Positions 38,295 to 47,382 of a stretch of DNA of 64,000 bases are shown in pieces. Every line of letters begins with the position of its first letter. Position 1 is the stretch's first letter. The position numbers and the translations under genes are program-made. The notes under the pieces are model-generated. The model was not told the origin of the DNA and searched no databases. It saw only the letters and a program-made list of their open reading frames with translations. The stretch is from Candidatus Eiseniibacteriota bacterium. Lineage in GTDB: Bacteria > Eisenbacteria > RBG-16-71-46 > CAZAMP01. Location: contig OZ245046.1 in assembly GCA_965224245.1 (NCBI GenBank), positions 4,192,001 to 4,256,000 on the forward strand, read 5' to 3'.

Positions 38295-39206
38295 CTACCC
38301 GGTGCTCTCCGCCTCGAGGCGAACGTCGTTGAACGTGCGGCGATCGATCCAGAGGAAGTCGGCGATGCGGCGGATGCCGTCGACCTCGGATGCGTCGAGC
38401 CGTCCGTCCGCGGTCGCCACGTGGAACATGGCCCACAGGAGCTGCCTCCGCTCCCCGCCGTCGGAGACGCGATTGAACTCGGCGGCGAGGCGTCGCTCGT
38501 CCACGTCGCCGGTCACCTGCTCGGCCAGCACCGCCTCGATCGTGGCCAGCTCCTCGGTCCCGAAGCCGAAGCGATCCCCCAGGAGCTGGATGATCCGGGC
38601 GCGCTCGGGAGCGTCCACGGCGCCGTCGGCGACGGCCACCTTCTGCAGGATCGCGCCGAAGAGGGTCGCGCGATTGAGTCGCGCGGCGTCGCGGTCGGTC
38701 TCGCTGGCCAGCGAGGCCAGGCTCTCGCGTACGCGGGTCTGGAGTCGCGAGCGCAGCACGTCGGCCAGCGAGGCCGACTCCCGCTTTCCGCGCGACCACG
38801 AGAAGACGCTCCGGACCCGATCGAGCAACATGTCCACCACGGTGTGCGTCTCCAGCGCTTCCTTGACCGTCCGCAGGAAACGCTCCTCGTCCTCGGACAC
38901 CTCGCCATCGGCGGCGAAGAGCTCGTAGAGCTCGTCGTAGAGGAGACGCTTCTCGGTGTCGGACGACACCGAGGCCAGGAACGCCCGCGTCAGCTCCTCG
39001 GCCTCGGTCCGCGTGACCGGGTCGTCGAGGAGATGCATGACCTCCGCGGTGTCGTCCGCGCCCAGCCGCACCCGGAGCATGAACGCCTTCACGACGTTCA
39101 CCTCGTCCACCTCGACCCGTCCGTCCGCCCAGGCGGCGGCCGCCAGCACCTTCGCCAGCGCCAGATGCGTCTCTCGCCCCACGCTCGATCGTCCTTTCGT
39201 CGACAT
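38295..39206 (-). CDS. Tandem TerB-like domain protein
   Basis: AAAWADGRVEVDE, LFAADGEVSEDE, VAVADGAVDAPE, VATADGRLDASE. Confidence 0.85.
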   Translation of the reverse strand: MSTKGRSSVGRETHLALAKVLAAAAWADGRVEVDEVNVVKAFMLRVRLGADDTAEVMHLLDDPVTRTEAEELTRAFLASVSSDTEKRLLYDELYELFAADGEVSEDEERFLRTVKEALETHTVVDMLLDRVRSVFSWSRGKRESASLADVLRSRLQTRVRESLASLASETDRDAARLNRATLFGAILQKVAVADGAVDAPERARIIQLLGDRFGFGTEELATIEAVLAEQVTGDVDERRLAAEFNRVSDGGERRQLLWAMFHVATADGRLDASEVDGIRRIADFLWIDRRTFNDVRLEAESTG

Positions 39207-39314
39207 GAGTGGATCGATATGATCGCGCGTCCGATTGATGATGCCCGAGCGCGGCGGAGAGGACAAACCGATCTCCCCGCGGTCGCGTGCCCTCGTGCCG
39301 TCTGGAGCCCCTCG

Positions 39315-40007
39315 GTGCGTGACAGCCTCCCCCGCATCGCCCGCGAGATCGTGAGCTGCCGGACCTGCACGCGGCTGGTCGCCCATCGCGAGCACGTCGC
39401 GGCCACCCGGCGCCGCGCGTACCGCGACTGGGAGTACTGGGGGCGGCCGGTTCCCGGATTCGGCGACCCGAGAGCGCGTCTCGTCCTCGTGGGGCTGGCA
39501 CCCGGCGCGCACGGCAGCAACCGGACCGGCCGGCAGTTCACCGGCGATGCGTCGGGCGACTTCCTGTATCCGGCGCTTCACCGGGCCGGGTTCGCGTCCC
39601 AGCCCGATTCGGTCTCGCGCGACGACGGCATGCGCCTCGAGGACTGCTTCATCACGTCGGTCGTGCGCTGCGCGCCGCCCGCGAACAAGCCGACCCGCGA
39701 GGAGTTCGATGCGTGCTTCCCGTATCTCGCGCGCGAGCTGGGGCGGCTCCGGCGCGCGCAGGTGTTCGTCGCGCTCGGACGGCATGCGTTCGACGGGCTC
39801 GTGCGCGCGCTACCCGGTCTCGGCCTCGCGGTCGCCGGGGACGAGCGGCCCTCGTTCGGACATGCCGCGGAGATCGGTCTCACGAAGGGCCGGACGCTCC
39901 TGTCGTCGTATCACCCGAGCCGTCAGAACACGCAGACCGGACGCCTGACCCGGGCGATGTTCGACCGGGTCTTTCGCCGCGCGCGCCGGCTCGTCGGAGA
40001 GGTGTAG
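39315..40007 (+). CDS. Uracil-DNA glycosylase, family 5 (UdgB-like, 4Fe-4S)
   Basis: CRTC, WGRPVPGFGD, GLAPGAHGSNRTGRQFTGDASG, RCAPPANKP, YHPSRQNTQTG. Confidence 0.9.
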   Translation: MRDSLPRIAREIVSCRTCTRLVAHREHVAATRRRAYRDWEYWGRPVPGFGDPRARLVLVGLAPGAHGSNRTGRQFTGDASGDFLYPALHRAGFASQPDSVSRDDGMRLEDCFITSVVRCAPPANKPTREEFDACFPYLARELGRLRRAQVFVALGRHAFDGLVRALPGLGLAVAGDERPSFGHAAEIGLTKGRTLLSSYHPSRQNTQTGRLTRAMFDRVFRRARRLVGEV

Positions 40008-40754
40008 GTGGACGGCGCGCTCTTGCCGATCGTGCTGGGCGTGGCCGGCTTCGGGGCCGGCGTGGTCAACGCGCTCGCCGGCGGCGGGTCGTTCCTGACG
40101 TTTCCGCTGCTCCTGTGGCTCGGCGTCCCGCCTCAGGTCGCGAACGCGACCAATCGCATCGCGATCACCGCGCAGTGCATCGCGGGCACCGCCACGTACG
40201 CCCGCCACGGCGTCGTCCACTGGCGAAAGCTCGCTCCCCTGTACCTGCCCGCGTGCGCCGGCGCGTTCATCGGCGCACAGCTCGCATCCAACCTCGACGA
40301 GACGATCTTCCGGCGCGTGACGGCAGTGGTTCTACTCGCGGTGGCGGCCAGCGTGTTCATCGACACGAAGCGATGGACCGAGGTCCGACCGGAGGGCGGA
40401 CACGTCCGTCCACTCCACTACCCGTTGGTGTTCGCGATGGGCATCTACGGCGGCTTTCTCCAGGTGGGGATCGGCACGTTGATGCTGACGTTCTTCGTGA
40501 TGCTGGGCGGGTTCGACGTCGTGCGCGGGAACGCGATGAAGTTCGGTCTCGTGGCGGGCTACCAGATCCTCGCGCTCGTGATCTTCACACGTGCCTCGCA
40601 GATCGACTGGGTGCTCGGCGGCATGCTGACGATCGGCACGATCCTGGGCGGCATCGTGGGGGCGAACATCGTCGTCCAGAGCGGCACGCGGTGGGTGCGC
40701 TGGGTGGTCATCGTCGCGGCACTCGCGGGCGTCGCGAAGCTCCTGCTGGGCTGA
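40008..40754 (+). CDS. TSUP (TauE/SafE) family transporter
   Basis: AGVVNALAGGG, ANATNR, GIYGGFLQVGIG. Confidence 0.9.
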   Translation: MDGALLPIVLGVAGFGAGVVNALAGGGSFLTFPLLLWLGVPPQVANATNRIAITAQCIAGTATYARHGVVHWRKLAPLYLPACAGAFIGAQLASNLDETIFRRVTAVVLLAVAASVFIDTKRWTEVRPEGGHVRPLHYPLVFAMGIYGGFLQVGIGTLMLTFFVMLGGFDVVRGNAMKFGLVAGYQILALVIFTRASQIDWVLGGMLTIGTILGGIVGANIVVQSGTRWVRWVVIVAALAGVAKLLLG

Positions 40755-40758
40755 TCCG

Positions 40759-41481
40759 ATGTCGGCGACGCTGATCCTGTCCGTGACGACGCTCGTCGGG
40801 GCGACGATCTCGGGCGTCATCGGCATGGGCGGTGGCATCCTGCTCCTGGCCGTGATGGCGTCGGTCCTCGATCCGATCGCGGTCGTGCCGGTGCACGGCG
40901 TCGTGCAGCTCGTCAGCAACAGCTCGCGGGGGCTCCGGCTGCTGCCGCACGTGAACCGCCGTTTCGTCGCGTTCTACACCCCGATGCTCCTGGTGGGGGC
41001 GGCGGTCGGCATCGGGCTCTACCGGGGCGCGTCGGCCCCCTGGTTCCGTCCCGCGGTCGGCGCGTTCGTGCTGCTGGTCCTGCTGTGGGAGCGGCTCGAG
41101 CCCGAGCGGCTGCGCGCGCCGGACTGGGTGCTGGTGCCGGCCGGCTTCGTCGGCGGGCTTCTGACGGTGCTCGTGGGGGCCACCGGTCCGTACCTCGCGG
41201 CGTTCTTCCTGCGCGACGACATGACGCGGCGCGAGATCGTGGCCACCAAGGCGGCCGTGCAGACGTTCGGGCACCTGGTCAAGATCCCGGCCTTCCTGTC
41301 CATCGGGTTCGCGTATCGCGAGCACCTCTTGCTGATCGGGCCGCTCGTCGTGTGCGCGGTGCTCGGAACGCTCCTGGGCACGGCGGTGCTCGGGCGGCTG
41401 AACGAGCAGGTGTTCAGGCGCGCGTTCCGGGTCGTGCTGCTGGTGCTGGCCGTGCGGCTCGTGTGGCGCGGGCTGGCATGA
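40759..41481 (+). CDS. TSUP (TauE/SafE) family transporter
   Basis: SGVIGMGGGI, VPVHGVVQLVSN, VGATGP, VATKA..Q..HL.K. Confidence 0.88.
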   Translation: MSATLILSVTTLVGATISGVIGMGGGILLLAVMASVLDPIAVVPVHGVVQLVSNSSRGLRLLPHVNRRFVAFYTPMLLVGAAVGIGLYRGASAPWFRPAVGAFVLLVLLWERLEPERLRAPDWVLVPAGFVGGLLTVLVGATGPYLAAFFLRDDMTRREIVATKAAVQTFGHLVKIPAFLSIGFAYREHLLLIGPLVVCAVLGTLLGTAVLGRLNEQVFRRAFRVVLLVLAVRLVWRGLA

Positions 41482-41500
41482 GACCCGTTCGCTCCGCCGC

Positions 41501-42724
41501 TCAGATCGCACCGACCGGAATCGTCACGACCTCATCGAGCAGCGGCAACGATGAGTCGGCCAGGCATACGATCCCTCCGGGGCCAATCGATCTGTCCAGC
41601 TTGACGAGTGCCTGAAAGGCTCGCGCGGCCCGTCGATCAGGAGATGCGGACTTCTTGAACTCGAGCGGGTGTATTCGGTCGTCCTGAACGACGAGCAGAT
41701 CGATCTCCTTCCGATCCTTGTCGCGATAGAAGTAGAAGGGTGCGCGCTTGCCGTGATGCCACCACGACTTGAGCAGCTCGCCGAAGACCCACGTCTCGAA
41801 CATCGCACCCGATGCCGCCCCAGCTTCGAGCGTCTCCGGGCTCGTCCACTCGGTCAGCCAGGAACAGAGACCTGTGTCCAGGAAGTAGAGCTTCGAGGAC
41901 TTGACCAGGCGCTTGGTCACACTCGTGTGGTACGGCTCGAGCAAGTACACGATTCCTGACGTCTCGAGAATCGACAGCCAGCTCTTGGCCGTGTTCGGGG
42001 CCACTCCCGCGTCGCGGGCCAGGTCCGCCACGTTCAACAGCTGGGCCGTTCGTGCCGCACACGCTCGGACGAACCGCAGGAAAGCGGTCTCGTCTCCGAC
42101 CCGCGCCAGGTCGCGGACATCCCGCTGCAGGTATGTCTGAACGTACGAGCCGTAGAACAGGTCGCGATCGAGGTCCGGATCGACCGCGAGCGCCGGATAC
42201 GATCCACGCCAGATGCGCGCGTAGAGGTCGAGCAGCGGAAGGTGCGCCGCATCCGCGAGCCGGGCGTCGAGCATCTCCGGAAGCGGCAGGAACGGATCCG
42301 CGTCGATGTGCTGCTGATCCTGCTCACGCCGGGACAATCCCAGCAGCCGCAGGATCCCGACACGACCCGCCAGGGACTCTGACAGATCGCGCATGAGATG
42401 GAATTGCTGAGAGCCCGTGAGCCAGAAGCGGCCGGGCGTGCGGTCCTGATCCACTGCCATCTTGATCCGACGCAGGAGCTCCGGCGCGTACTGGATCTCG
42501 TCAATCAGGACCGGACCGGAATAGCGCTGCAAGAACAAGGCGGGATCCGAGCGTGCGAGCTCGCGAACGCGAGGATCATCCAGACTGGCGTAGGCGCGAT
42601 CGCTGCCTGCGAGCTGCCTCAGAAACGTCGTCTTCCCGACCTGACGAGCACCCGTTACCAGCATCACCGGAAAGTGCTCGGTCGCCGTGCGGAAACGACG
42701 CTGGAGAGTTCGTGCGAGATACAT
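41501..42724 (-). CDS. AAA+ ATPase with DUF4143 domain (AAA_14 family)
   Basis: Walker A GARQVGKT, Walker B IDEIQ, LTGSQ, ESLAGR, GSYP, KLYFLDTG, FYRD...EIDL...EFK; GGAGG RBS. Confidence 0.93.
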   Translation of the reverse strand: MYLARTLQRRFRTATEHFPVMLVTGARQVGKTTFLRQLAGSDRAYASLDDPRVRELARSDPALFLQRYSGPVLIDEIQYAPELLRRIKMAVDQDRTPGRFWLTGSQQFHLMRDLSESLAGRVGILRLLGLSRREQDQQHIDADPFLPLPEMLDARLADAAHLPLLDLYARIWRGSYPALAVDPDLDRDLFYGSYVQTYLQRDVRDLARVGDETAFLRFVRACAARTAQLLNVADLARDAGVAPNTAKSWLSILETSGIVYLLEPYHTSVTKRLVKSSKLYFLDTGLCSWLTEWTSPETLEAGAASGAMFETWVFGELLKSWWHHGKRAPFYFYRDKDRKEIDLLVVQDDRIHPLEFKKSASPDRRAARAFQALVKLDRSIGPGGIVCLADSSLPLLDEVVTIPVGAI

Positions 42725-42743
42725 GGGACCCCTCCGGGCGGTG

Positions 42744-42833
42744 TCGGCCATATTGCACTTATACTGCATTATAGCCGTAGGAGATGCCCCCGTCCCAGTC
42801 GGCTAATGCTCACTCAGACTGCATATTGGCCGA
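42744..42833. repeat. Imperfect 34-bp inverted repeat upstream of the AAA-DUF4143 gene
   Basis: Arm 42744-42777 TCGGCCATATTGCA...GCATTATAGCCG versus reverse complement of 42800-42833 TCGGCCAATATGCA...GCATTAGCCG; minus-strand TATAAT at 42768-42773. Confidence 0.6.
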
Positions 42834-42850
42834 TAAATACCCGACGTCAT

Positions 42851-43843
42851 TCAGCCGTCGACCGACGCCATCCCGCGCTCGTTGTAGCGATCGCCCTTCA
42901 CCTTCTCGGCCAGCGTGTTCAATCGTTCGACGTGTGACGCGGTCAGCGTCACACCCGCGGCGCCGAGGTTCGAGCGTAGGTTCGCCGCGCGCGTCGTGCC
43001 GGGGATGGTGACGATCTCGTCTCCGCGTCCCAGCACCCAGGCGATCGCCACCTGGGCCGGTGCGACGTCGAGCTCCCCGGCGACCGCCTCGATCTCCTCG
43101 ACCAGGGCCAGGTTGCTCTCGAGCGCCTCGCCCCGGAAGCGCGGGACCGCGCTCGCCCGGAAGTCGCGATCCGCCGGCGTCCAGTCGCGCCGGAACGCGC
43201 CGGTGAGCATGCCCCGGCCGAGCGGCGAGTACGCGACGAACGTCACGCCGAGCTCGCGGCACGCCGGGAGCACCTCGTCCTCGGCGCCGCGCGTGAAGAT
43301 CGAGTACTCCGACTGGAGCGCGGCGACGGGGTGAACGGCCGCGGCCTCGCGGAGCGTCGTGGCGGTGACCTCGGAGAGGCCGATCGCCTTCACCTTGCCC
43401 TCGGCGACGCAGCGCGCCATCACGGCCACCGTCTCCCCGATCGGCATCGAGCGATCGCGGCGGTGGAGGTACCAGAGATCCACGTGGTCGGTGCGGAGGT
43501 TCCGGAGCGACTGCTCGAGCGCGCGTCGCGCGTTGGCCTCCGACCCGTCGACCCGCCCGGTCGGAGCGCCCGTCTCGGGATCGAGGACGGGGCCGAACTT
43601 GGTCGCGATGAACACCCTTTCTCGCCGGTCGTGGAACGCGGCGCCGAGGAGCTTCTCGTTGTGACCGCCCCCGTAGAGCTCGGCGGTGTCGAAGTGGTCG
43701 ATGCCGGCGTCGATGGCGCCGTGGAGGAGCGCCACCGCGTCGTTCTCCTCCATCGCGGGGCCGTATGCGAACGACATCCCCATGCAGCCGAGGCCGATGG
43801 CGTTGACGGTCGGCCCCCCGGATCCGATGTGACGACGAATCAT
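42851..43843 (-). CDS. Aldo/keto reductase
   Basis: IGLGCMGMS, DTAELYG, ATKFG, DLWYLHR, IGLSE, QSEYS, YSPLGRG, IPGTT. Confidence 0.95.
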   Translation of the reverse strand: MIRRHIGSGGPTVNAIGLGCMGMSFAYGPAMEENDAVALLHGAIDAGIDHFDTAELYGGGHNEKLLGAAFHDRRERVFIATKFGPVLDPETGAPTGRVDGSEANARRALEQSLRNLRTDHVDLWYLHRRDRSMPIGETVAVMARCVAEGKVKAIGLSEVTATTLREAAAVHPVAALQSEYSIFTRGAEDEVLPACRELGVTFVAYSPLGRGMLTGAFRRDWTPADRDFRASAVPRFRGEALESNLALVEEIEAVAGELDVAPAQVAIAWVLGRGDEIVTIPGTTRAANLRSNLGAAGVTLTASHVERLNTLAEKVKGDRYNERGMASVDG

Positions 43844-43963
43844 GAAACCCCTCCCTGGATTGACGCCGGGGAGTCTACACGCCGTTCGGCGCCGGCGCGC
43901 GCCTCGCCGACGTCGGCGAGGCCGTCCTGCAGGAAATCTCATCGAATTCGACGAAACTTCCTG

Positions 43964-43977
43964 ACCGACCGGTCGGT
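43964..43977. promoter_or_regulatory. Perfect 14-bp palindrome, candidate TetR operator
   Basis: ACCGACCGGTCGGT in the divergent intergenic region, about 100 nt upstream of the TetR ATG. Confidence 0.65.
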
Positions 43978-44074
43978 AGGACACCCGCTGACCGGGCGTG
44001 ACCGCTCCCGGCCCGACAGCGACCGACCCGAACCGCCGCACCCGGCGGCGAGCCAGCCGGAGATCCAGAGACCC

Positions 44075-46204
44075 ATGAAGGACCGCATCGCCCGCGAGGC
44101 CATGAACCTCTTTGCCCGCAAGGGCTTCGCCGGGACGTCGATGCGCGAGATCGCCGAGGCGTGCGACGTCACGAAGGCGACTCTCTACCATCACTTCCCG
44201 GACAAGCACGCCCTCTACCAGACCGCCATCGGCCAGGCGCTGGACGAGATCTGCTCGCGCGTGGCCGCCGCGGGAGCGGACGCGCCCGACCCGCTGACGC
44301 GACTCCGCCGGCTCGTCCGCGCGCAGCTCGAGCTCTTCGTCACCGAGTCCACGCGGATTCGTGCGCTCTACCACAACCTCCTGATGCCGGACGCCGAGCC
44401 CCCGGACGTCGTGTCTCGACCGATGCCGATCCATGACGCGCTGATCGCCTGCGCCGAGGCGGGCTACCTCCCGCAAGAGCAGGTGTCCGACACGTACGCG
44501 CTCCTGGCCGGGGGCATCGAGTTCATCGGGGTGAACTGGCTTCTCGACCCGCGCTCGCCGAAGCCGACGGCGGAGCGCGGTGAGCGTCTCATTCGCGCCG
44601 CGCTTCCGGCGGTGGCGGAGACCGCGGCGGCCGCGACGTCGCCGACCCGCCGACCGGGGGCAGGAAAGCCCAACGCCACGAAGCCCCCCCGGCGTCATGC
44701 GATCGCGTGTCTGGTCGGCCTCGGATCGGCGCTCTCGATCGCGCTCGCGGAGGTCGCGAGCGCCGCGGAGGTCGTCGGCGCCGGTGACACGGCCGCCGGT
44801 GACACGGCCGCCGGCGACACGGTCGTGGCCATCCCCGGGAGCACGCAGGTGCTGACGCTCGCGACGTGCCTGGATCGCGCCCTCGAGGCCAACCCCGCGC
44901 TGGAGGCCGAGCGCGAGGGACGCGGCGAGCTTCACGGTCAGAAGTACCAGGCCCTGGCCATCGGGCTGCCCTCGCTGGACGTGGTCACGAACTGGTCCCG
45001 GAGCCGCGACCCGAGCTTTGCCCTGGACGCAACGTTCGGCGGTGGCGGCGACGGATTCCCATCGACCGGGGACGACACCGCCGACGCCGTGCTGGCCGCG
45101 CTCGGTGAGGGACTGGTCACCCCGGCCGCGGACGTCCCGGCCCAGACCTTCTGGCGGGCCAGCGCCGACCTGACCTGGGAGATCAATCCGTTCCTGGTTC
45201 GGAACGCGGTGGCGGCGGCCGGGATCGGCACCGACCGGCAGGACGCGATCATCGCCGACACGGAGAACCGGACCGCCGAGCGCGCGCTCGCCGCGTACTA
45301 CGACGTGCTGCGCGCGTCCGAGCAGCGCGCGGCTCTGGAGGCCGAGATGACCGCTCGCCGCGAGTTCCTCGACATCTCCCGGCGGCGGTTCCGGCTCGAC
45401 CTGGCCACGGGGCTCGACACGCTCCAGGCCGCGGTGTCGCTGGCGAACCTGGAGCCCGACTGGCGGCGTGCCCGGGAGACCGTCGTGAACGCCGGCTCGC
45501 GACTGAACGTCGTGATGGGACGCGATCCGATGACGCCGATCACCATCGAGTCCCGCGTCGACGTCGAGACCGACCCCATCGATCGCGACGCCGTCATCGC
45601 ACTGATCGACCGGCGCCCCGATCTCCGGGCGCTGCGCCTGCTCGGCGACATTCAGCGCAAGAACAGGGGCGCGCGCCGGGCGGAGTCGCGCCCGTACCTG
45701 TCGCTGTTCGGATCCTACGGCTACGTCGCGACCGCGTTCGACGATCTCGGGGATCCCGACCAGGACACCTGGCGCGCGTCCGTCTCGCTGAACGTGCCGA
45801 TCTTCGACGGGCTCCTGACGAAGGGCCGGGTCGACGAGACCGAGGCCACGATCCGGAGAATCGAGTTCCAGGTCGAGGACGCCGAGCGTCAGGCGCGCTA
45901 CGAGGTGCAGACGCTGGTCACCGAGGTCGAGGTCGCGCGCGCCAACCTGCGGGCGGCCGAGCTGAACCTGGCGCGCGCCGAGGAGGCGCTCTCGATGACC
46001 ACGCTTCGCTACGAGAACGGCAAGGCCGACTACCTGGCCGTTCTCAACGCGCAGGCCGACCGCTTCGTGGCCAGACGCAACCTGATCGATGCACGCCATT
46101 CGGTCGCGACGGAGACCGCTGCGCTCAAGCGCGCGCTGGGCCACGGACCCCTGACCCCGCTTCACGACATACTCGACGCGACCTCGCGATCCACGGAGGA
46201 CTGA
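44075..46204 (+). CDS. TetR-family regulator fused in frame, via an internal signal peptide, to a TolC-family outer-membrane efflux protein
   Basis: TetR HTH LFARKGFAGTSMREIAEACDVTKATLYHHFPDK; linker; RRHAIACLVGLGSALSIALAEVASA; TolC LTLATCLDRALEANP, LPSL, RPDL, LNVPIFDG, RYENG.ADYLAVLNAQ; no stop codon between the domains. Confidence 0.8.
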   Translation: MKDRIAREAMNLFARKGFAGTSMREIAEACDVTKATLYHHFPDKHALYQTAIGQALDEICSRVAAAGADAPDPLTRLRRLVRAQLELFVTESTRIRALYHNLLMPDAEPPDVVSRPMPIHDALIACAEAGYLPQEQVSDTYALLAGGIEFIGVNWLLDPRSPKPTAERGERLIRAALPAVAETAAAATSPTRRPGAGKPNATKPPRRHAIACLVGLGSALSIALAEVASAAEVVGAGDTAAGDTAAGDTVVAIPGSTQVLTLATCLDRALEANPALEAEREGRGELHGQKYQALAIGLPSLDVVTNWSRSRDPSFALDATFGGGGDGFPSTGDDTADAVLAALGEGLVTPAADVPAQTFWRASADLTWEINPFLVRNAVAAAGIGTDRQDAIIADTENRTAERALAAYYDVLRASEQRAALEAEMTARREFLDISRRRFRLDLATGLDTLQAAVSLANLEPDWRRARETVVNAGSRLNVVMGRDPMTPITIESRVDVETDPIDRDAVIALIDRRPDLRALRLLGDIQRKNRGARRAESRPYLSLFGSYGYVATAFDDLGDPDQDTWRASVSLNVPIFDGLLTKGRVDETEATIRRIEFQVEDAERQARYEVQTLVTEVEVARANLRAAELNLARAEEALSMTTLRYENGKADYLAVLNAQADRFVARRNLIDARHSVATETAALKRALGHGPLTPLHDILDATSRSTED
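44780..44824 (+). repeat. 3x 15-bp tandem repeat (AGDTA)3 at the N-terminus of the mature TolC portion
   Basis: GCCGGTGACACGGCC x2 plus GCCGGCGACACGGTC. Confidence 0.9.
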
Positions 46205-46209
46205 CCCCC

Positions 46210-47382
46210 ATGCAGAGCCGAATCATCGAGTGGCGGCACGCGAGCCTCGCGCTCACCGCCGGTGTCCTCGTCGCCTCGACGCTCGTCGGCTGCGCCCGGC
46301 AGGGCGAGACCGCGGCGGACACGTCTCCCGAGGAGCCACCGATCAACGTACGCGTGCTTCACACCTCGCGCGGGGAGCTCGTGGAGTTCCTGGAGATCAC
46401 GGGGCGACTCGACGCCGTCCAGGGCACGGATCTGTCCACCGAGGAGACCGGCGTCGTCGAGAGCGTCCCGCACGACAAGGGCGACGCGGTCGCCGAGGGC
46501 GACGTCCTCGTGGCGCTCGACCGCGATCTCCTGGAGGCGGAGAAGAGGCGCGCCGATGCCGATCGCACGTTGGCCGAGTACAACGAGGATCGGACGCGCA
46601 ACCTGTTCGACGCGAAGTCGGTCAGCGGCCAGGAGATGCTGGTCGCGGCGACCCAGCTCGCCAAGGCGGAGGCCACCGCGGCCGAGGCGGCGCTGCGCTT
46701 CGAACGGGCCGCCATCAAGGCCCCGTACGCGGGCGTCGTGGCCGACCGGTACGTCGAGGTCGGACAGCTCGTCACCGCCGGCACGCCGGTCGCGCGCATC
46801 GTGGACCCGTACACGCTGAAGCTCACGGGCGCGGTCACCGAGACGCAGGTGCGCCAGCTCGAGGTCGGGGCCCCGGTCACGCTGCGGCTGGACGGCGTGG
46901 CGGCGGCGGTCACGGGAGTCGTTCACTGGATCGGCTTCGAGGCCCACCCTCGCAACGGAAAGTTCCCCGTGGAGATCCACGTCGCCAACGAGGATCTGTC
47001 ACTCCGCCCCGGCGTCGTGGGACGCGCCCGCGTCCGGACGGCACGTCATCGGGACGTCGTGGTGATCCCGCGGGATGCCGTGCTCAGCGACGAGGATGGT
47101 CAGCACCTGATGGTGGTTCGCGACGGCGAGAGCGTCGCCACTCCCGTACCGATCACGCTGGGTCCGGATCAGGGCGCGCTCGTGGTGATCGAGTCCGGCC
47201 TCGATGCGGGCGCGCGTGTGATCGTTCGCGGACAGCGTGACGTCTCGACCGGGTCACGCGTGGCGATTCAGGAGGAGACGTCGGAGCCCGACGGCTCCAT
47301 CCCCACCGATCCCGTCGAGGTGCGCGAGCGCGAGCGGGGTCGCCTCGCCGGCGACACCCATCCACAGGGGGCTTCGCGATGA
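46210..47382 (+). CDS. RND efflux periplasmic adaptor (MFP), probable lipoprotein
   Basis: Lipobox-like LVGC; G.V....KGD.V..GDVL; IKAPYAGVV; LRPG; VVIPRDAV. Confidence 0.92.
   Translation: MQSRIIEWRHASLALTAGVLVASTLVGCARQGETAADTSPEEPPINVRVLHTSRGELVEFLEITGRLDAVQGTDLSTEETGVVESVPHDKGDAVAEGDVLVALDRDLLEAEKRRADADRTLAEYNEDRTRNLFDAKSVSGQEMLVAATQLAKAEATAAEAALRFERAAIKAPYAGVVADRYVEVGQLVTAGTPVARIVDPYTLKLTGAVTETQVRQLEVGAPVTLRLDGVAAAVTGVVHWIGFEAHPRNGKFPVEIHVANEDLSLRPGVVGRARVRTARHRDVVVIPRDAVLSDEDGQHLMVVRDGESVATPVPITLGPDQGALVVIESGLDAGARVIVRGQRDVSTGSRVAIQEETSEPDGSIPTDPVEVRERERGRLAGDTHPQGASR

Noticed and set aside
38253-40007. 584-aa ORF extending the uracil-DNA glycosylase
   Set aside because: The N-terminal part is antisense to the TerB gene
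42851-46165. 1104-aa ORF apparently extending the aldo/keto reductase
   Set aside because: The extension is the antisense of TetR-TolC; AKR starts at ATG 43843 with a GGAGG-containing RBS
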